In this document: positions 63,611 through 64,000 of the stretch, one piece after another
Layout: each line of letters opens with the position of its first letter
Position numbering within the stretch: position 1 is the stretch's first letter
Virus record (IMG/VR): IMGVR_UViG_3300036770_004917
Coordinates: 1-64,000 of that record
Source of the DNA: a virus
DNA: 64,000 bases
Direction: 5' to 3' (one strand)
The notes under the pieces: generated by a model
Told to the model about the DNA's origin: nothing
What the model saw: only the letters and a program-made list of their open reading frames with translations
Databases searched by the model: none
Translations under genes and position numbers: made by a program

Positions 63611-63932
63611 CTCCCTCAAGTGTGAATGTTTTGTGCGAAATTTGACCGACGAGCACCTGGATATACGTCGCCATGCCAGCCAAGCCAACGATATCTATCG
63701 GCGGTAGGCCGTCAGCAATGTACTTGACAGTATTGATGAACTCACTACTAGATGCTTCGTTTTTTGTGACAACAGACAGTGCTGCCGAACGTGACTTTGT
63801 GTCAATTTTCAACTCCCAGAGTCGCCCAAGATATGTGGCCCTAACGGCAACATAGAAACACTCAGTCTCAACCTTAGGTATGTCATTGGGGTCAGTGATG
63901 ACAATTAGTTCTTCAGGGTTTGGTGGAATCAT
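63591..63932 (-). CDS. Hypothetical protein
   Basis: 113-aa ORF with GAGGAAAG SD. Confidence 0.55.
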   Translation of the reverse strand: MIPPNPEELIVITDPNDIPKVETECFYVAVRATYLGRLWELKIDTKSRSAALSVVTKNEASSSEFINTVKYIADGLPPIDIVGLAGMATYIQVLVGQISHKTFTLEGDAKNVA

Positions 63933-64000
63933 TTTCTTTCCTCAGGCTGGGGCAACGAAAAAACCAACGAGAAATCCCACCAAGCCCGTGATTACCGCCA

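Overview
This window is part of a large tailed (HK97-fold) phage genome. The host is probably an actinobacterium, judging from a DUF732-like lipoprotein and an actinobacterial-type Nudix. The minus strand carries the head operon: small membrane protein, portal (54043-56094), HK97-type prohead protease (52552-53934), about 47 kb of co-oriented cargo genes, then the major capsid protein (4496-5803). The cargo includes four giant multidomain proteins (2763, 3123, 3372 and 3322 aa) plus 1084, 681, 522 and 211 aa proteins. The plus strand carries, divergently, the terminase large subunit followed by Rad52-like, RecB/Cas4-like, HNH, RuvC-like, dCMP deaminase and ParB-like genes. A tRNA-Arg(UCU) lies near the left end. 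The main candidate system is a set of virion-associated effector polyproteins with four linked features: (i) their enzyme-like modules (zincins, zeta-like kinase, HipA/PI3K-like kinase, ART-like, Nudix, KTSC, pentapeptide repeats, ParB-like, transglutaminase-like) are separated by a recurrent S-T-R-S linker, about 35 exact copies by manual count; (ii) several share an N-terminal 'K-x-LG...DADxDGIVFE...ERPIIPRF' tag; (iii) they carry Lys sites resembling those in the capsid, portal and protease; (iv) one is reachable from the protease gene by a -1 slip at A AAA AAA. All domain calls come from motif recognition by eye; no database searches were run.
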